From a bacterium (GTDB taxonomy: Bacteria; UBA4055), in contig JAKQBN010000030.1 in assembly GCA_029559475.1 (NCBI GenBank), positions 10,756 through 74,755 of the forward strand: 64,000 nt of DNA, in the 5' to 3' direction. This document shows positions 18,868 to 27,908 of the stretch, piece after piece. Each line of letters opens with the position of its first letter. Position 1 is the stretch's first letter. The notes beneath the pieces are model-generated. The model had not been told where the DNA came from. It saw only the letters and a list, made by a program, of their open reading frames with translations, and did no database searches. The translations under genes and the position numbers were made by a program.

Positions 18868-19416
18868 ATGAAATGCGATAAATGCGGTTCGCCAAATGTT
18901 GTGACTAAAATAGTCATTCAGGGCGATAAGAATTCCGAAGAACTTAATCTCTGCGCCGGCTGCTTTCAGACTTTTGTAAAAGAACATCCGGAGATCAGGC
19001 AGGGCGCTATGGGGCAGTCTTTGAATGAATTTCTTCTGGGTACATTAAACCTTCTCACTTCAGGAATGATATTAAAAAACCACAACACCGATACGCACGG
19101 TCATAAAACAAGAAAATGTCCGCAATGTTCAATAACATCCGAAAGAATAATTAAAGACGGTGTAGTCGGCTGCAGCGGGTGCTATGAATTCTTCAAGGAT
19201 GAGATAAGGCAGTATATTTTCAGCCTTACCGGAAACGACATCAGCCGGAACGATAAAGTCAGCCTGACTGACGAGCAAAAAGCTGCTGAACTCAAAAAGA
19301 AGCTCGATATGCTGCTTCAGACTGAGAATTACGAAATGGCCGCGTCTGTTAGGGATGAGATCTTCAAGCTGAAGAGCGGTCAGAAAAAACCTTTATTAAA
19401 ACAGAAGAAAATATGA
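18868..19416 (+). CDS. mcsA: McsA-like protein (four CxxC motifs plus UVR domain)
   Basis: CDKC, CAGC, CPQC, GCSGCY and a C-terminal ENYEMAASVRDEI UVR motif. Confidence 0.8.
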   Translation: MKCDKCGSPNVVTKIVIQGDKNSEELNLCAGCFQTFVKEHPEIRQGAMGQSLNEFLLGTLNLLTSGMILKNHNTDTHGHKTRKCPQCSITSERIIKDGVVGCSGCYEFFKDEIRQYIFSLTGNDISRNDKVSLTDEQKAAELKKKLDMLLQTENYEMAASVRDEIFKLKSGQKKPLLKQKKI

Positions 19417-20333
19417 AGCTGGGCATTTTAACGGCGACAATATCCGAATGCGACTTCTTCCCGAATATAATCGAGCTTCAGAATATAGGTATAAAAAAAG
19501 GTCATCAGGTCGATCTTTTTAAGAACGGCGAATTCAATCTGATAATTGAGAACGGACGCTCAGTCTTATCGTATAACGGGCAGCCTTTCGATCCGGAAGA
19601 ATACGACATTATTTTGAACAGACTGTCTGTCAGAGAGAAAAGCAACGCGGAATATTATGTCGTGGAAGAATTTATGAAACGCAATATCCCGGTAGTAAAT
19701 TCTCCCGATGCTATCATGAAAGCGAGAAACAAGCTGCTTTCATTACAGATTATGTCGGATCTGAACGTAATGATCACAAGATCAGCAATAATCCGGAGAA
19801 CCGAAGATATAGATAGAATTACATCTTCATTCGCATTTCCTCTTATAATTAAGAACATTTTCGGATCGCTCGGAAGTTCGACACTTCTCGTTTACGATAT
19901 AAAACAGCTGATCTCGATAATAGATTATATCTGGAACACGAACAGGAACGAGATCTTTCTGATCCAGGAGTTCGTTCGGTCTGAAGACAATACGGTATCC
20001 GATTTCAGGGTGTTCATTCTCGGCGACGAGATCATCGCATCAATGAAAAGAACTAATTCCGACAGGGATTTCAGGGCGAATTACAAGAGGGGCGCCGCTG
20101 TAAAAAGAGCTGAACTCACAGACACTGAGAAAGAGCAGTGCCTGAAGATCACGCGCGCATTCGGTCTGGAGATCGCCGGAGTTGATTTTATCCGGACACA
20201 GAACGGCCCCGTATTTCTTGAAGTGAATTCAAATCCGGGACTCGACGGCATCAGATCCGCTACGAAAACATCGGATTTTGACATACTGGAAAAGGTCATC
20301 GACAGGCTTAACGAACTAAAAAGGAAAAAATGA
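19413..20333 (+). CDS. RimK-family ATP-grasp ligase
   Basis: ARNKL, IQEFV, DFRVFILG, DFRANYKRG, AGVDFI and LEVNSNPG motifs. Confidence 0.88.
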   Translation: MKLGILTATISECDFFPNIIELQNIGIKKGHQVDLFKNGEFNLIIENGRSVLSYNGQPFDPEEYDIILNRLSVREKSNAEYYVVEEFMKRNIPVVNSPDAIMKARNKLLSLQIMSDLNVMITRSAIIRRTEDIDRITSSFAFPLIIKNIFGSLGSSTLLVYDIKQLISIIDYIWNTNRNEIFLIQEFVRSEDNTVSDFRVFILGDEIIASMKRTNSDRDFRANYKRGAAVKRAELTDTEKEQCLKITRAFGLEIAGVDFIRTQNGPVFLEVNSNPGLDGIRSATKTSDFDILEKVIDRLNELKRKK

Positions 20334-21097
20334 AACAGCTTACTTTCATTCTTACGGTCATAATCATTTTCGCAGGATGCAGCAATGATAAACCATCTGC
20401 AGATGTAACACCGCCCGCAGCTGATTACGAAATTATAAATATCTATCCGCACGACACATCTTTTTTTACTCAGGGGTTCGAATTTAAGGGCGATACTCTT
20501 CTGGAAAGCACCGGAAAGGAATATTATTCTAAAGTGATCTCTTACAACATCTTCACGCCTCAGATATATAAAGAAATATCGATCCCTTCAGATGTATTCG
20601 GAGAAGGCATAACTGAGCTTAACGGTCAAATATTTCAGCTTACCTGGCAGAACGAAAAAGGTTATGTTTATGACAGTTCAAATCTTTCAAAGTTGAGAGA
20701 ATTTTCCTATAGCGGAGAAGGTTGGGGTATATGCAATGACGGTACTGAGCTTATCATGAGCGACGGCTCGGAAAAACTCTATTTCAGAAATCCTGAAAGT
20801 TTTAATGTAACAAAAACCGTAATTGTCAAAGACTCGAATGGCGTCTCATGCAAAAATCTTAACGAACTCGAGTATGCCGACGGAAAGATCTATGCGAACT
20901 TATGGGGGTATAATTTTATAGTCTGTATCGATCCTTTAACGGGAATGATCGTAAAAAAATATGACCTTTCGGGACTTCTTTCACCTCAGGAGTATTATGA
21001 AGCTGACGTTCTTAACGGTATCGCATTCAGGAACGGACATTTTTTTGTAACGGGAAAATTCTGGCCGAAGATCTTTGAACTCAAGCTGAATGATTGA
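20330..21097 (+). CDS. Glutaminyl-peptide cyclotransferase (lipoprotein)
   Basis: Lipobox FAGC; YPHDTSFFTQG, FGEG, QLTW, GEGWG, LNELE, VLNGIA and VTGKFWP motifs. Confidence 0.92.
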   Translation: MKQLTFILTVIIIFAGCSNDKPSADVTPPAADYEIINIYPHDTSFFTQGFEFKGDTLLESTGKEYYSKVISYNIFTPQIYKEISIPSDVFGEGITELNGQIFQLTWQNEKGYVYDSSNLSKLREFSYSGEGWGICNDGTELIMSDGSEKLYFRNPESFNVTKTVIVKDSNGVSCKNLNELEYADGKIYANLWGYNFIVCIDPLTGMIVKKYDLSGLLSPQEYYEADVLNGIAFRNGHFFVTGKFWPKIFELKLND

Positions 21098-21150
21098 CAA
21101 AGATGCAGGTTCGAAATACATATTTTAATGTCTGAATGACAAAAAAATAC

Positions 21151-21179
21151 TTGACATAGGAACTATAAATTTTTATATT
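21151..21179 (+). promoter_or_regulatory. sigma70-type promoter of tRNA-Lys
   Basis: TTGACA-N17-TATATT about 25 nt upstream of the tRNA. Confidence 0.75.
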
Positions 21180-21203
21180 TGGCACTGCTTTTTTAAAGCG
21201 GAT

Positions 21204-21276
21204 GGGAAAGTAGCTCAGTAGGTAGAGCACCGCCCTTTTAAGGCGATGGTCGACGGTTCGAATCCGTCCTCTCTCA
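21204..21276 (+). tRNA. tRNA-Lys (anticodon UUU), CCA not encoded
   Basis: Cloverleaf: acceptor GGGAAAG/CTCTCTC (one mismatch), D-arm GCTC/GAGC, anticodon arm CGCC-CTTTTAA-GGCG, T-arm GACGG-TTCGAAT-CCGTC. Confidence 0.95.
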
Positions 21277-21278
21277 CG

Positions 21279-21310
21279 AAAAACCCCGATTATTTCGGGG
21301 TTTTTTATTT
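21279..21310. terminator. Bidirectional intrinsic terminator
   Basis: AAAAACCCCGA-TTATT-TCGGGGTTTTTT between the convergent tRNA and HD-GYP gene. Confidence 0.85.
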
Positions 21311-22476
21311 TATTCTGTATCCTTATAGTTTTCGCTTATCGACCTAATAACATCAAGAGAAGCCATAAAAGCATCTACTACTTCAGGATCGAATTTTGAT
21401 CCGGAAAGCTTTTTTATCTCGTTTAAAACATCTTCTTCGGCCCATGCTTCCTTATATGCTCTTTTACATGACAGGGCGTCATACACATCGGCGACCGCAA
21501 CGATACGTCCGAAAACAGGTATTTCATCTCCTTTCGGCTTGTCGGGATATCCCGAACCGTCCCAGTTCTCATGGTGCGTACCCGCTATAACGGAAGCCAT
21601 TCTGTCGAAGTCCGATTCGAAATTAGAAAATAATCTTGATCCGAAAGTAGTATGAAGCTTCATTATATCATACTCGTCAGGCGTAAGTTTGGCGGGTTTT
21701 TTAAGTATCACGTCAGATATGCCTACCTTACCTACGTCGTGAAGCATCGCCGCCATTCTCAAAATGTCCCTGTTCCTGTCTATGATCGATTTGGGGATGC
21801 CTTTATTAGCAGCCCATCTTTCGTATATTTCGACAGAATAAGCCGCCACTCTGTTCACATGCGCGCCGGTCTCTTTCGGATCACGGAGTTCCGCCATCTG
21901 GATCATGCGCATCAGAAGCGTTCTCGTCATCCTCGCTTTCTGAAGTGCCGAGGCTGAAGTCTGTGCGAAATGTTTTAAAAACAGCTCATCGTCCTGCGAG
22001 AACTCGATAATGTCGCCCATGTTCGTGAATTTATTTATCAGCTGTACTACACCCAGTATCTCGCCCGAACCGCTTGTTATCGGAGCGGTCAGCATTGAGC
22101 TTGTTTTGTATCCGGATTTCTCATCATACCTGCCGTCAAATTTGTATTCCGTTCCTGAAATATCATAAACATCCACTATGTTCAGACTTTCACCCGTTTC
22201 TGCGACATACCCGGCTATTGAATTTCTGTTGACAGGAACTGTATAGGATGTATAAATCAGCTTGTCGCCTTTTTTAAGTCTTGCCTGCAGAGTGTCGTTC
22301 TGAGCGTGTCTGAACTGAAGCTCGTTCCCTTCTTTTGTATATATCGTTCCCGCATCTGCACCTGTTGATCGCCTCGCTTCAAGAAGTATCCTTTCCAGAA
22401 GAATGTCCAGATCGTTGATCCCGTTAAGTTCGAGACTGATGCGTAAAATTTCCCTGAGTTTATCTTTATCTTCCAT
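21310..22476 (-). CDS. GAF + HD-GYP cyclic-dinucleotide phosphodiesterase
   Basis: N-terminal GAF (GVVQLINK); ETGAHVNRV, HDVGK, HHENWDGSGYP and ADVYDAL motifs. Confidence 0.92.
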   Translation of the reverse strand: MEDKDKLREILRISLELNGINDLDILLERILLEARRSTGADAGTIYTKEGNELQFRHAQNDTLQARLKKGDKLIYTSYTVPVNRNSIAGYVAETGESLNIVDVYDISGTEYKFDGRYDEKSGYKTSSMLTAPITSGSGEILGVVQLINKFTNMGDIIEFSQDDELFLKHFAQTSASALQKARMTRTLLMRMIQMAELRDPKETGAHVNRVAAYSVEIYERWAANKGIPKSIIDRNRDILRMAAMLHDVGKVGISDVILKKPAKLTPDEYDIMKLHTTFGSRLFSNFESDFDRMASVIAGTHHENWDGSGYPDKPKGDEIPVFGRIVAVADVYDALSCKRAYKEAWAEEDVLNEIKKLSGSKFDPEVVDAFMASLDVIRSISENYKDTE

Positions 22477-22512
22477 AACCTGCCCTCATAATTAAAATGA
22501 ATATACATAATA

Positions 22513-22541
22513 AATATATCTTTTTATATGATGCGTGTCAA
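22513..22541 (-). promoter_or_regulatory. sigma70-type promoter of the HD-GYP gene
   Basis: Minus strand TTGACA-N17-TATATT. Confidence 0.7.
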
Positions 22542-22584
22542 TTTTCATATTGCATAAATTTACTTATTTCTTAAATTACTCTAC

Positions 22585-23388
22585 ATGGATAATACGAACA
22601 TAATATTCGCGTTCGCACTAACGCTCTTTGCCGGACTTTCGACTGGTGTAGGAAGCGTTATGGCATTTTTGTCGAAAGGCTTCAACCCGAAATTTCTGGC
22701 AGGATCATTGGGATTTTCCGCTGGTGTAATGATATATGTCTCGCTTGTGGAAATTTTCGATAAGGCGCGTGAATCGCTGACGGGATTTTACGGGGCTGAA
22801 AAAGGATATTATTTCACAACCCTCTCCTTTTTCGGTGGAATGGCTCTGATAGCTGTCATTGATAAACTCGTGCCTTCTTATGAAAACCCTCACGAACCTC
22901 ACTGCCCTGCCGACTGCGTTCAAAACACGGATGACAAGAAACTCATGCGTATGGGCTTATTCTCCGCGCTTGCAATAGGCATACACAATTTTCCGGAAGG
23001 GCTGGCCACTTTCATTAGTGCATTACAGGAACCGACCCTTGCAATAAGCATAACGGCAGCTATAGCCATTCACAACATACCGGAAGGTATTGCGGTCTCT
23101 GTCCCTATTTATTACGCCACTAAAAGCAGGAAGAAAGCTTTCTGGCTTTCATTCCTGTCGGGATTATCAGAACCTCTCGGTGCGCTTATAGGGTATTTTA
23201 TATTCAGACAGTTCTTCGGACCCGCAGTATTCGGCGTGATCTTCGCCGGAGTAGCAGGAATAATGGTGTTCATCTCCCTCGATGAGCTTCTGCCGACCGC
23301 AGAAAAATACGGTGAGCATCACGTGGCAGTTTATGGTCTTGTTTCAGGCATGATAGTTATGGCAGGCAGCCTGCTTTTGTTTATGTAA
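22585..23388 (+). CDS. zupT: ZIP-family zinc/divalent metal transporter ZupT
   Basis: FSAGVMIYVS, AIGIHNFPEG, AIHNIPEG and ISLDELLP motifs. Confidence 0.93.
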   Translation: MDNTNIIFAFALTLFAGLSTGVGSVMAFLSKGFNPKFLAGSLGFSAGVMIYVSLVEIFDKARESLTGFYGAEKGYYFTTLSFFGGMALIAVIDKLVPSYENPHEPHCPADCVQNTDDKKLMRMGLFSALAIGIHNFPEGLATFISALQEPTLAISITAAIAIHNIPEGIAVSVPIYYATKSRKKAFWLSFLSGLSEPLGALIGYFIFRQFFGPAVFGVIFAGVAGIMVFISLDELLPTAEKYGEHHVAVYGLVSGMIVMAGSLLLFM

Positions 23389-23391
23389 ACC

Positions 23392-23910
23392 TTAAAACTC
23401 TATCCCCTTCTTTGCTTTTATTTCTTTATCAAAGCAGTGCCTGATCTTCTTCATTTCGGTAACTGTGTCTGCAATTTCGATCAGCTTTGGATCGGCGTTC
23501 CTTCCGGTGAGGATGATATTGAGCCTACAGGGCTTATTCTTTAGAACTTTGAGAAGATCTTCAATATCTATAAATTTGTAATTGGTAAGATATGTGATCT
23601 CATCGAGGATTATCAGGTCGTATTTGTCCGAACCAATTTTCTGCTTCGCCAACTCGAATCCTTTCTGTGAGACAGCCTTATCTTTTTCCAGATCGTCTGA
23701 ATTCCATGTGAAACCTCTGCCTTCGGTGTACCATTCGAGGTTGGGGAATTTTTCTGCCGATATTACTTCGCCGTACTCCGAAGGCGATTTTATGAACTGG
23801 ATCACGCATACTTTCCAGCCGTGACCGAGCGCTCTGAAAGCAGTTCCGAACGCAGCTGTGCTTTTCCCTTTTCCGTCTCCAGTATTTATGATGATCAGAC
23901 CTTTATCCAT
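23392..23910 (-). CDS. cobO: Cob(I)alamin adenosyltransferase CobO/BtuR
   Basis: TGDGKGKSTAAFG, IQFIK, ILDE, LTGR and AKKGIEF motifs. Confidence 0.93.
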   Translation of the reverse strand: MDKGLIIINTGDGKGKSTAAFGTAFRALGHGWKVCVIQFIKSPSEYGEVISAEKFPNLEWYTEGRGFTWNSDDLEKDKAVSQKGFELAKQKIGSDKYDLIILDEITYLTNYKFIDIEDLLKVLKNKPCRLNIILTGRNADPKLIEIADTVTEMKKIRHCFDKEIKAKKGIEF

Positions 23911-24039
23911 TTCCGGCTCCGGTGTAATGCTTTAAATCTAAAAAATTTATCATGCAATTACAATAAAATAAACAATTGCCTTGTTTTGAACTGCTCCCGT
24001 ACCTATATTTAAGACAAGTGAAAACCAAAAGGAGATCGT

Positions 24040-24747
24040 ATGAAGACACTGGGCATTATAGGCGGAATGAGCTACGAGTCGTCAAAGCTTTTTTACGAAC
24101 TGATCAATAACAGGGTGAACGACATTTTAGGGGGATACCACTGCTGCAAAAGTATTATGTACACCGTGGATTTTGACGAGATCGTCAGGCTGCAGAACGA
24201 AGAAAAATGGGATGAACTTAATCTGATAGTCGCTGATGTTACGAGAAAGCTTGAAGCCGGCGGGGCTGACCTTATCGTTCTTTGTACGAACACACTTCAT
24301 ATTTGCGCCGATGCGATAATAAATGCTACAAAAGTCCCATTCCTTCATATTGCCGAGACTGTCGGTGAAGAAGCTAAAAGCAGGTTTATTAAAAAAGCCG
24401 GCCTCCTTGGTACTAAATTCACTATGGAAAAGGATTTTTATAAGGATGTGCTTAAGGAAAAATACGGCATCGATGTTATTATTCCCGGCGAGATCGACAG
24501 GGACACTATTCATAATGTTATCTTCGGAGAGCTGGTCCACGGACAGATAAGGGAATCTTCAAGGAAAAAATTTATTGAAATTATTAACAGGCTGGAAAGG
24601 AACGGGGCTGAAGGGATAATTCTGGGCTGCACTGATATTCCGCTGCTGATATCTGAAGAACATCTCGAGATCCCGATATTCGACTCGATCAGACTTCATG
24701 CAGAGCATTCAGTGCGCAGGATTTTGAGCGATGAACTTAATCAATAG
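24040..24747 (+). CDS. Aspartate/glutamate racemase family protein
   Basis: LGIIGGMS, LCTNTLH, LLGTKFTM and ILGCTDIP motifs (two catalytic-type Cys). Confidence 0.92.
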   Translation: MKTLGIIGGMSYESSKLFYELINNRVNDILGGYHCCKSIMYTVDFDEIVRLQNEEKWDELNLIVADVTRKLEAGGADLIVLCTNTLHICADAIINATKVPFLHIAETVGEEAKSRFIKKAGLLGTKFTMEKDFYKDVLKEKYGIDVIIPGEIDRDTIHNVIFGELVHGQIRESSRKKFIEIINRLERNGAEGIILGCTDIPLLISEEHLEIPIFDSIRLHAEHSVRRILSDELNQ

Positions 24748-24766
24748 GACGCTCGACATAAGTAAA

Positions 24767-25145
24767 AGACGAGTGATATATTTTTATGAGCAGGAACGCA
24801 TCCTCGCTTTATCGTTTGAACGAGCCGTATATCCGGAAAAAAAATATCAAAGATTGTGCCGGTACGATTCAGATCCAAATAATCATATGATTAATGCTGA
24901 TATTTTTTTGGAGGATGATATGCGAGTGATATTAATGCCGGCTTAGCCGTTTGCGGTCTGCTTATAAAAATGATATGACGAGTATATATCGAACAAGTAA
25001 CAAATTTATACCTGATATAATTCGTTATGGATCGATATCCGTTACATCTTCCCTTTCGCAGGTACGACACTCTTAGCAAAGAAGCGATTGAGATTAATGT
25101 ATGCAGGATGAGATCCGGAATGAAGTTATATCAGGTATATTGAAT
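24767..25145 (+). repeat. Dispersed mosaic structured repeat, copy 1
   Basis: Closely matches 49373-49575 over ~200 bp and 27042-27164. Shares the terminal module TGCAGGATGAGATCCGGAATGAA. Confidence 0.9.
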
Positions 25146-25148
25146 AAT

Positions 25149-25181
25149 AAAAAAAGGGCAGTTCACATAAACCGCCCTTTA
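25149..25181 (-). terminator. Intrinsic terminator of the wHTH operon
   Basis: Minus strand AAAGGGCGGTT-TATGTG-AACTGCCCTTT followed by a T-run. Confidence 0.75.
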
Positions 25182-25186
25182 ATTTT

Positions 25187-25993
25187 TTACAAGATACCAC
25201 CCCCACCGCCGATGAACAGCTTAATATACGGACCTGAAAGACCGAGATCAGGACAGTCCAGAATATTATTAAAATTGTCCTCGTTCGTAAAATCGAACAC
25301 ATATCCGCCTTTAAACCCGATCAGAAAATACCCTCCCTTACCGATCTTATAATTCGCACCGAGGGAAAGATCGAGCAGGTATGTCTCTTTCTTCAGAATG
25401 AACTCCCTCTTCGGATTGTCCAGAAGATCTCCGAACTCAACAGGAATATCTTCGATTATATGCATCTCGATAGTACTTCCTCCAAAACCGCCCGACACAT
25501 AGCTGAAAATGCTGTTGTTCTTGTAGAAAATATAACCCAGAGTGAACATTCCGTACTCATAAGTAAGACTAGATTCGTATTTGATCTGCGCGTCTGTGGA
25601 ATCATTACTGCCTGATCTTGACATAGGAATATTCCCGTGCCCTTCACCGCCTATAATGAAATTCCTGAATATCCCGCATCCTCCGCCGCCGGTAGTAAAA
25701 AGCGTTTCGTCGAATTCTTTGTACCCGTGGTCCTTCAGGCTTTTATTAAGCTTTGAAAGATCTAAGGTATTGAAACCCGCCATGAATCCGCCGTATCCTC
25801 CGTATGAATAGCCTTTTCCGTGATGATCTTTTCCGTTAATTATGATCTTTTTCTCGATGGTCTTGACGGTATCCCCTGAAATTATTTCGATCTTCTGTAT
25901 TTCATCAAGATTATTCTGGATCTTTACTTTTGTTGTGTCCTGTGCGCATAAAACAAAAACAAACGCAATTAACATTATTATTATTATTCTCAT
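25187..25993 (-). CDS. Secreted outer-membrane beta-barrel-like protein
   Basis: Signal peptide, Gly/aromatic-rich strands (GGGGCG, IIGGEG, GFKGGY). Confidence 0.6.
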   Translation of the reverse strand: MRIIIIMLIAFVFVLCAQDTTKVKIQNNLDEIQKIEIISGDTVKTIEKKIIINGKDHHGKGYSYGGYGGFMAGFNTLDLSKLNKSLKDHGYKEFDETLFTTGGGGCGIFRNFIIGGEGHGNIPMSRSGSNDSTDAQIKYESSLTYEYGMFTLGYIFYKNNSIFSYVSGGFGGSTIEMHIIEDIPVEFGDLLDNPKREFILKKETYLLDLSLGANYKIGKGGYFLIGFKGGYVFDFTNEDNFNNILDCPDLGLSGPYIKLFIGGGGGIL

Positions 25994-26005
25994 TTTCTCC
26001 CCTTT

Positions 26006-26302
26006 TTAGTTCTTTATCAGTTTTTCCAGATTAGCTATATAGTTTTCGAAAGCTGTCCTTCCCTTATCGGTGATCGAATATCTGCTCTGAGGTTTTCTGT
26101 CAACGAACGTTTTCTCGACCCCGATATATCCCGCTTCCTCCAGCTTCCGTAAATTCGCGCTCAGATTGCCGTCAGTGGCCTGAAGCTTGTTTTTTATTAT
26201 ACTGAACTCCGCATATTCAACACTAACAAGCATGCTCATTATCCCCAGCCTGAGCTTTGAATGAATTAATTCATCCAGAAGATTTGAGTCGAAGCCTGTC
26301 AT
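26006..26302 (-). CDS. Winged-helix transcriptional regulator (HTH_34/ArsR-like)
   Basis: LDELIHSKLRLGIMSML, TDGNLSANLRKLEEAGYI and YSITDKGRTAF motifs. Confidence 0.9.
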   Translation of the reverse strand: MTGFDSNLLDELIHSKLRLGIMSMLVSVEYAEFSIIKNKLQATDGNLSANLRKLEEAGYIGVEKTFVDRKPQSRYSITDKGRTAFENYIANLEKLIKN

Positions 26303-26904
26303 TATTTTACCTCTTCTTTTTTATATTTAATGTACAGCATAATGCCCGGTATCGTTTGGAATAAGAGCATCATCGCAGCGAAAACGATGAAAGTGTATTC
26401 AATGTAATCATTCGGGATCCAGAACAGAACTATTGCACCGACCCACCAGCCTAAAGCAGCAAATTTAAAGATCTTTGTGTTATACACCATTCCTGTGATG
26501 AAAAATGCATTTGCAAGAAACATAGCCATTAATGGATTAATCGCCTGCCATCCGATCATTCCGGAGAAAGTACCGGCAAAGCCGACTACTGTCATTGACA
26601 CTCCGGTTGATATCCATGTAGCCGCATCGATTTTAAGCGCGCTTGTGGACACACCTCTTTTTTCCTTTTTCTTACCCATAATAAAAGTGAGTATCCAACC
26701 GGCAGCGATCACAAAGATCCACATTAGTCCGATGTGTCTGCCAATGTCTGATATCAGCATAAAAAAACTTGACAGCTGAGCAGTTATTATCACTACTCCC
26801 CAGAGTATCGCTACGTCACCTCTGTCTTTAATTATATTCTTTGAATCAAGGATCACCTGTTTGATGTATTCAAGATTTTCCTGCGCCGCGTTTTTGTTTT
26901 CCAT
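26302..26904 (-). CDS. Integral membrane protein (about 6 TM) coupled to the wHTH regulator
   Basis: AQENLEYIKQVI N-terminal motif then hydrophobic helices. Probable start MENKN with GGAG SD (ORF track start 26952). Confidence 0.75.
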   Translation of the reverse strand: MENKNAAQENLEYIKQVILDSKNIIKDRGDVAILWGVVIITAQLSSFFMLISDIGRHIGLMWIFVIAAGWILTFIMGKKKEKRGVSTSALKIDAATWISTGVSMTVVGFAGTFSGMIGWQAINPLMAMFLANAFFITGMVYNTKIFKFAALGWWVGAIVLFWIPNDYIEYTFIVFAAMMLLFQTIPGIMLYIKYKKEEVK

Positions 26905-26960
26905 TTTTTCTCCCTTTTGTTTTGTTTTATCATTTGTTTTTTTTTGCACCACTTTAAAGA

Positions 26961-27006
26961 ACTTTAAAATCTAAAGTAATTTACAACATTATTTTTGTGA
27001 TGTCAA
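26961..27006 (-). promoter_or_regulatory. Promoter with adjacent palindromic operator
   Basis: Minus strand TTGACA-N17-TAAATT, immediately followed by the inverted repeat ACTTTA-N5-TAAAGT (26961-26977). Confidence 0.65.
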
Positions 27007-27026
27007 GTGTTATTTTAAATATGCGA

Positions 27027-27210
27027 GACCGGCAGTGATTATTTGAACGAGCCTTATATCCGGAGAAAAAATATCAAAGATCGTGCCGTTACGGTTAATC
27101 TCCAAATCATCATATGATTAATGCCGATATTTTTTTGGAGGATGACATGCGAGTGATATTAATGGTTGCAGGATGAGATCCGAAATGAATATATGCCGGG
27201 TATATAGAAT
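27027..27210 (+). repeat. Dispersed mosaic structured repeat, copy 2 (internally deleted)
   Basis: Shares the GACCGGCAGTG start, the central core and the terminal module with copy 3, but lacks two internal segments. Confidence 0.9.
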
Positions 27211-27275
27211 TTAATGAATTTGATAATTATATAATCATACATTATATTTAGGCCTTAATTCATGGAATAAAAGCA

Positions 27276-27908
27276 ATGGCCCGGCAGACTGAATCTTACA
27301 TAAATAAACTCCTCGACCTCAAACCGCAGAAAACGGACGGACTCTATAATGAACTCGCAGCAAAAGGACATCCCGTCATCAGGCGCGACGTAGCAATGTT
27401 CCTGTCGCAGGTCATAACTCTGTCGGAACCCGAAAAAATACTCGAAATAGGAACCAACGCCGGCTATTCTGCAATAGTCATGGCAAAAGCAATGAAAAAA
27501 GGGAAGATATATACGATCGACTACCGTGCGGACAATCATCAGAGTGCCGCGGAGAACTTCAAAAAGTTCGGAGTCGAAGACAAGATAAGTCTTCTCACGG
27601 GCTACGGGAATGACATTATAAAGGAGCTGAACGAGAATTTCGATCTGATATTCATAGATGCCGATAAAAAGGGATACGGCGCGTATCTCGATTACGCAGC
27701 CTGTCATTTAAATCCTAAAGGAGTAATAATCGCGGATAACCTGTTCTGGAAAGGCGCAGTGATCTCGGAAGAAGCAGGTGATGACCCCAGAGGCGTGACT
27801 TCATCTCTGAGAGAATTCAATAAAAAATTCGCCTCTCTGAAAGGATTTAAAACGCAGATACTATCCATCGGCGACGGACTCGGATTCGCGGTAAAGGAAG
27901 ACAGATGA
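27276..27908 (+). CDS. Class I SAM-dependent O-methyltransferase (caffeoyl-CoA OMT/TrmR-like)
   Basis: ILEIGTNAGYS, FDLIFIDADK, IIADNLFWKG and IGDG motifs. Confidence 0.9.
   Translation: MARQTESYINKLLDLKPQKTDGLYNELAAKGHPVIRRDVAMFLSQVITLSEPEKILEIGTNAGYSAIVMAKAMKKGKIYTIDYRADNHQSAAENFKKFGVEDKISLLTGYGNDIIKELNENFDLIFIDADKKGYGAYLDYAACHLNPKGVIIADNLFWKGAVISEEAGDDPRGVTSSLREFNKKFASLKGFKTQILSIGDGLGFAVKEDR

Noticed and set aside
21204..21276. tRNA-Lys as an integration site
   Set aside because: It is followed directly by its terminator, and I saw no duplicate of its 3' end in the window.
24731..24946. 71-aa ORF (and its 72-aa twin at 49333-49551) as a small protein family
   Set aside because: The N-termini are unrelated, the similarity is confined to the DNA repeat, and copy 2 has an in-frame TAA (~27096). 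This is better explained as a non-coding repeat, although translation is not excluded.
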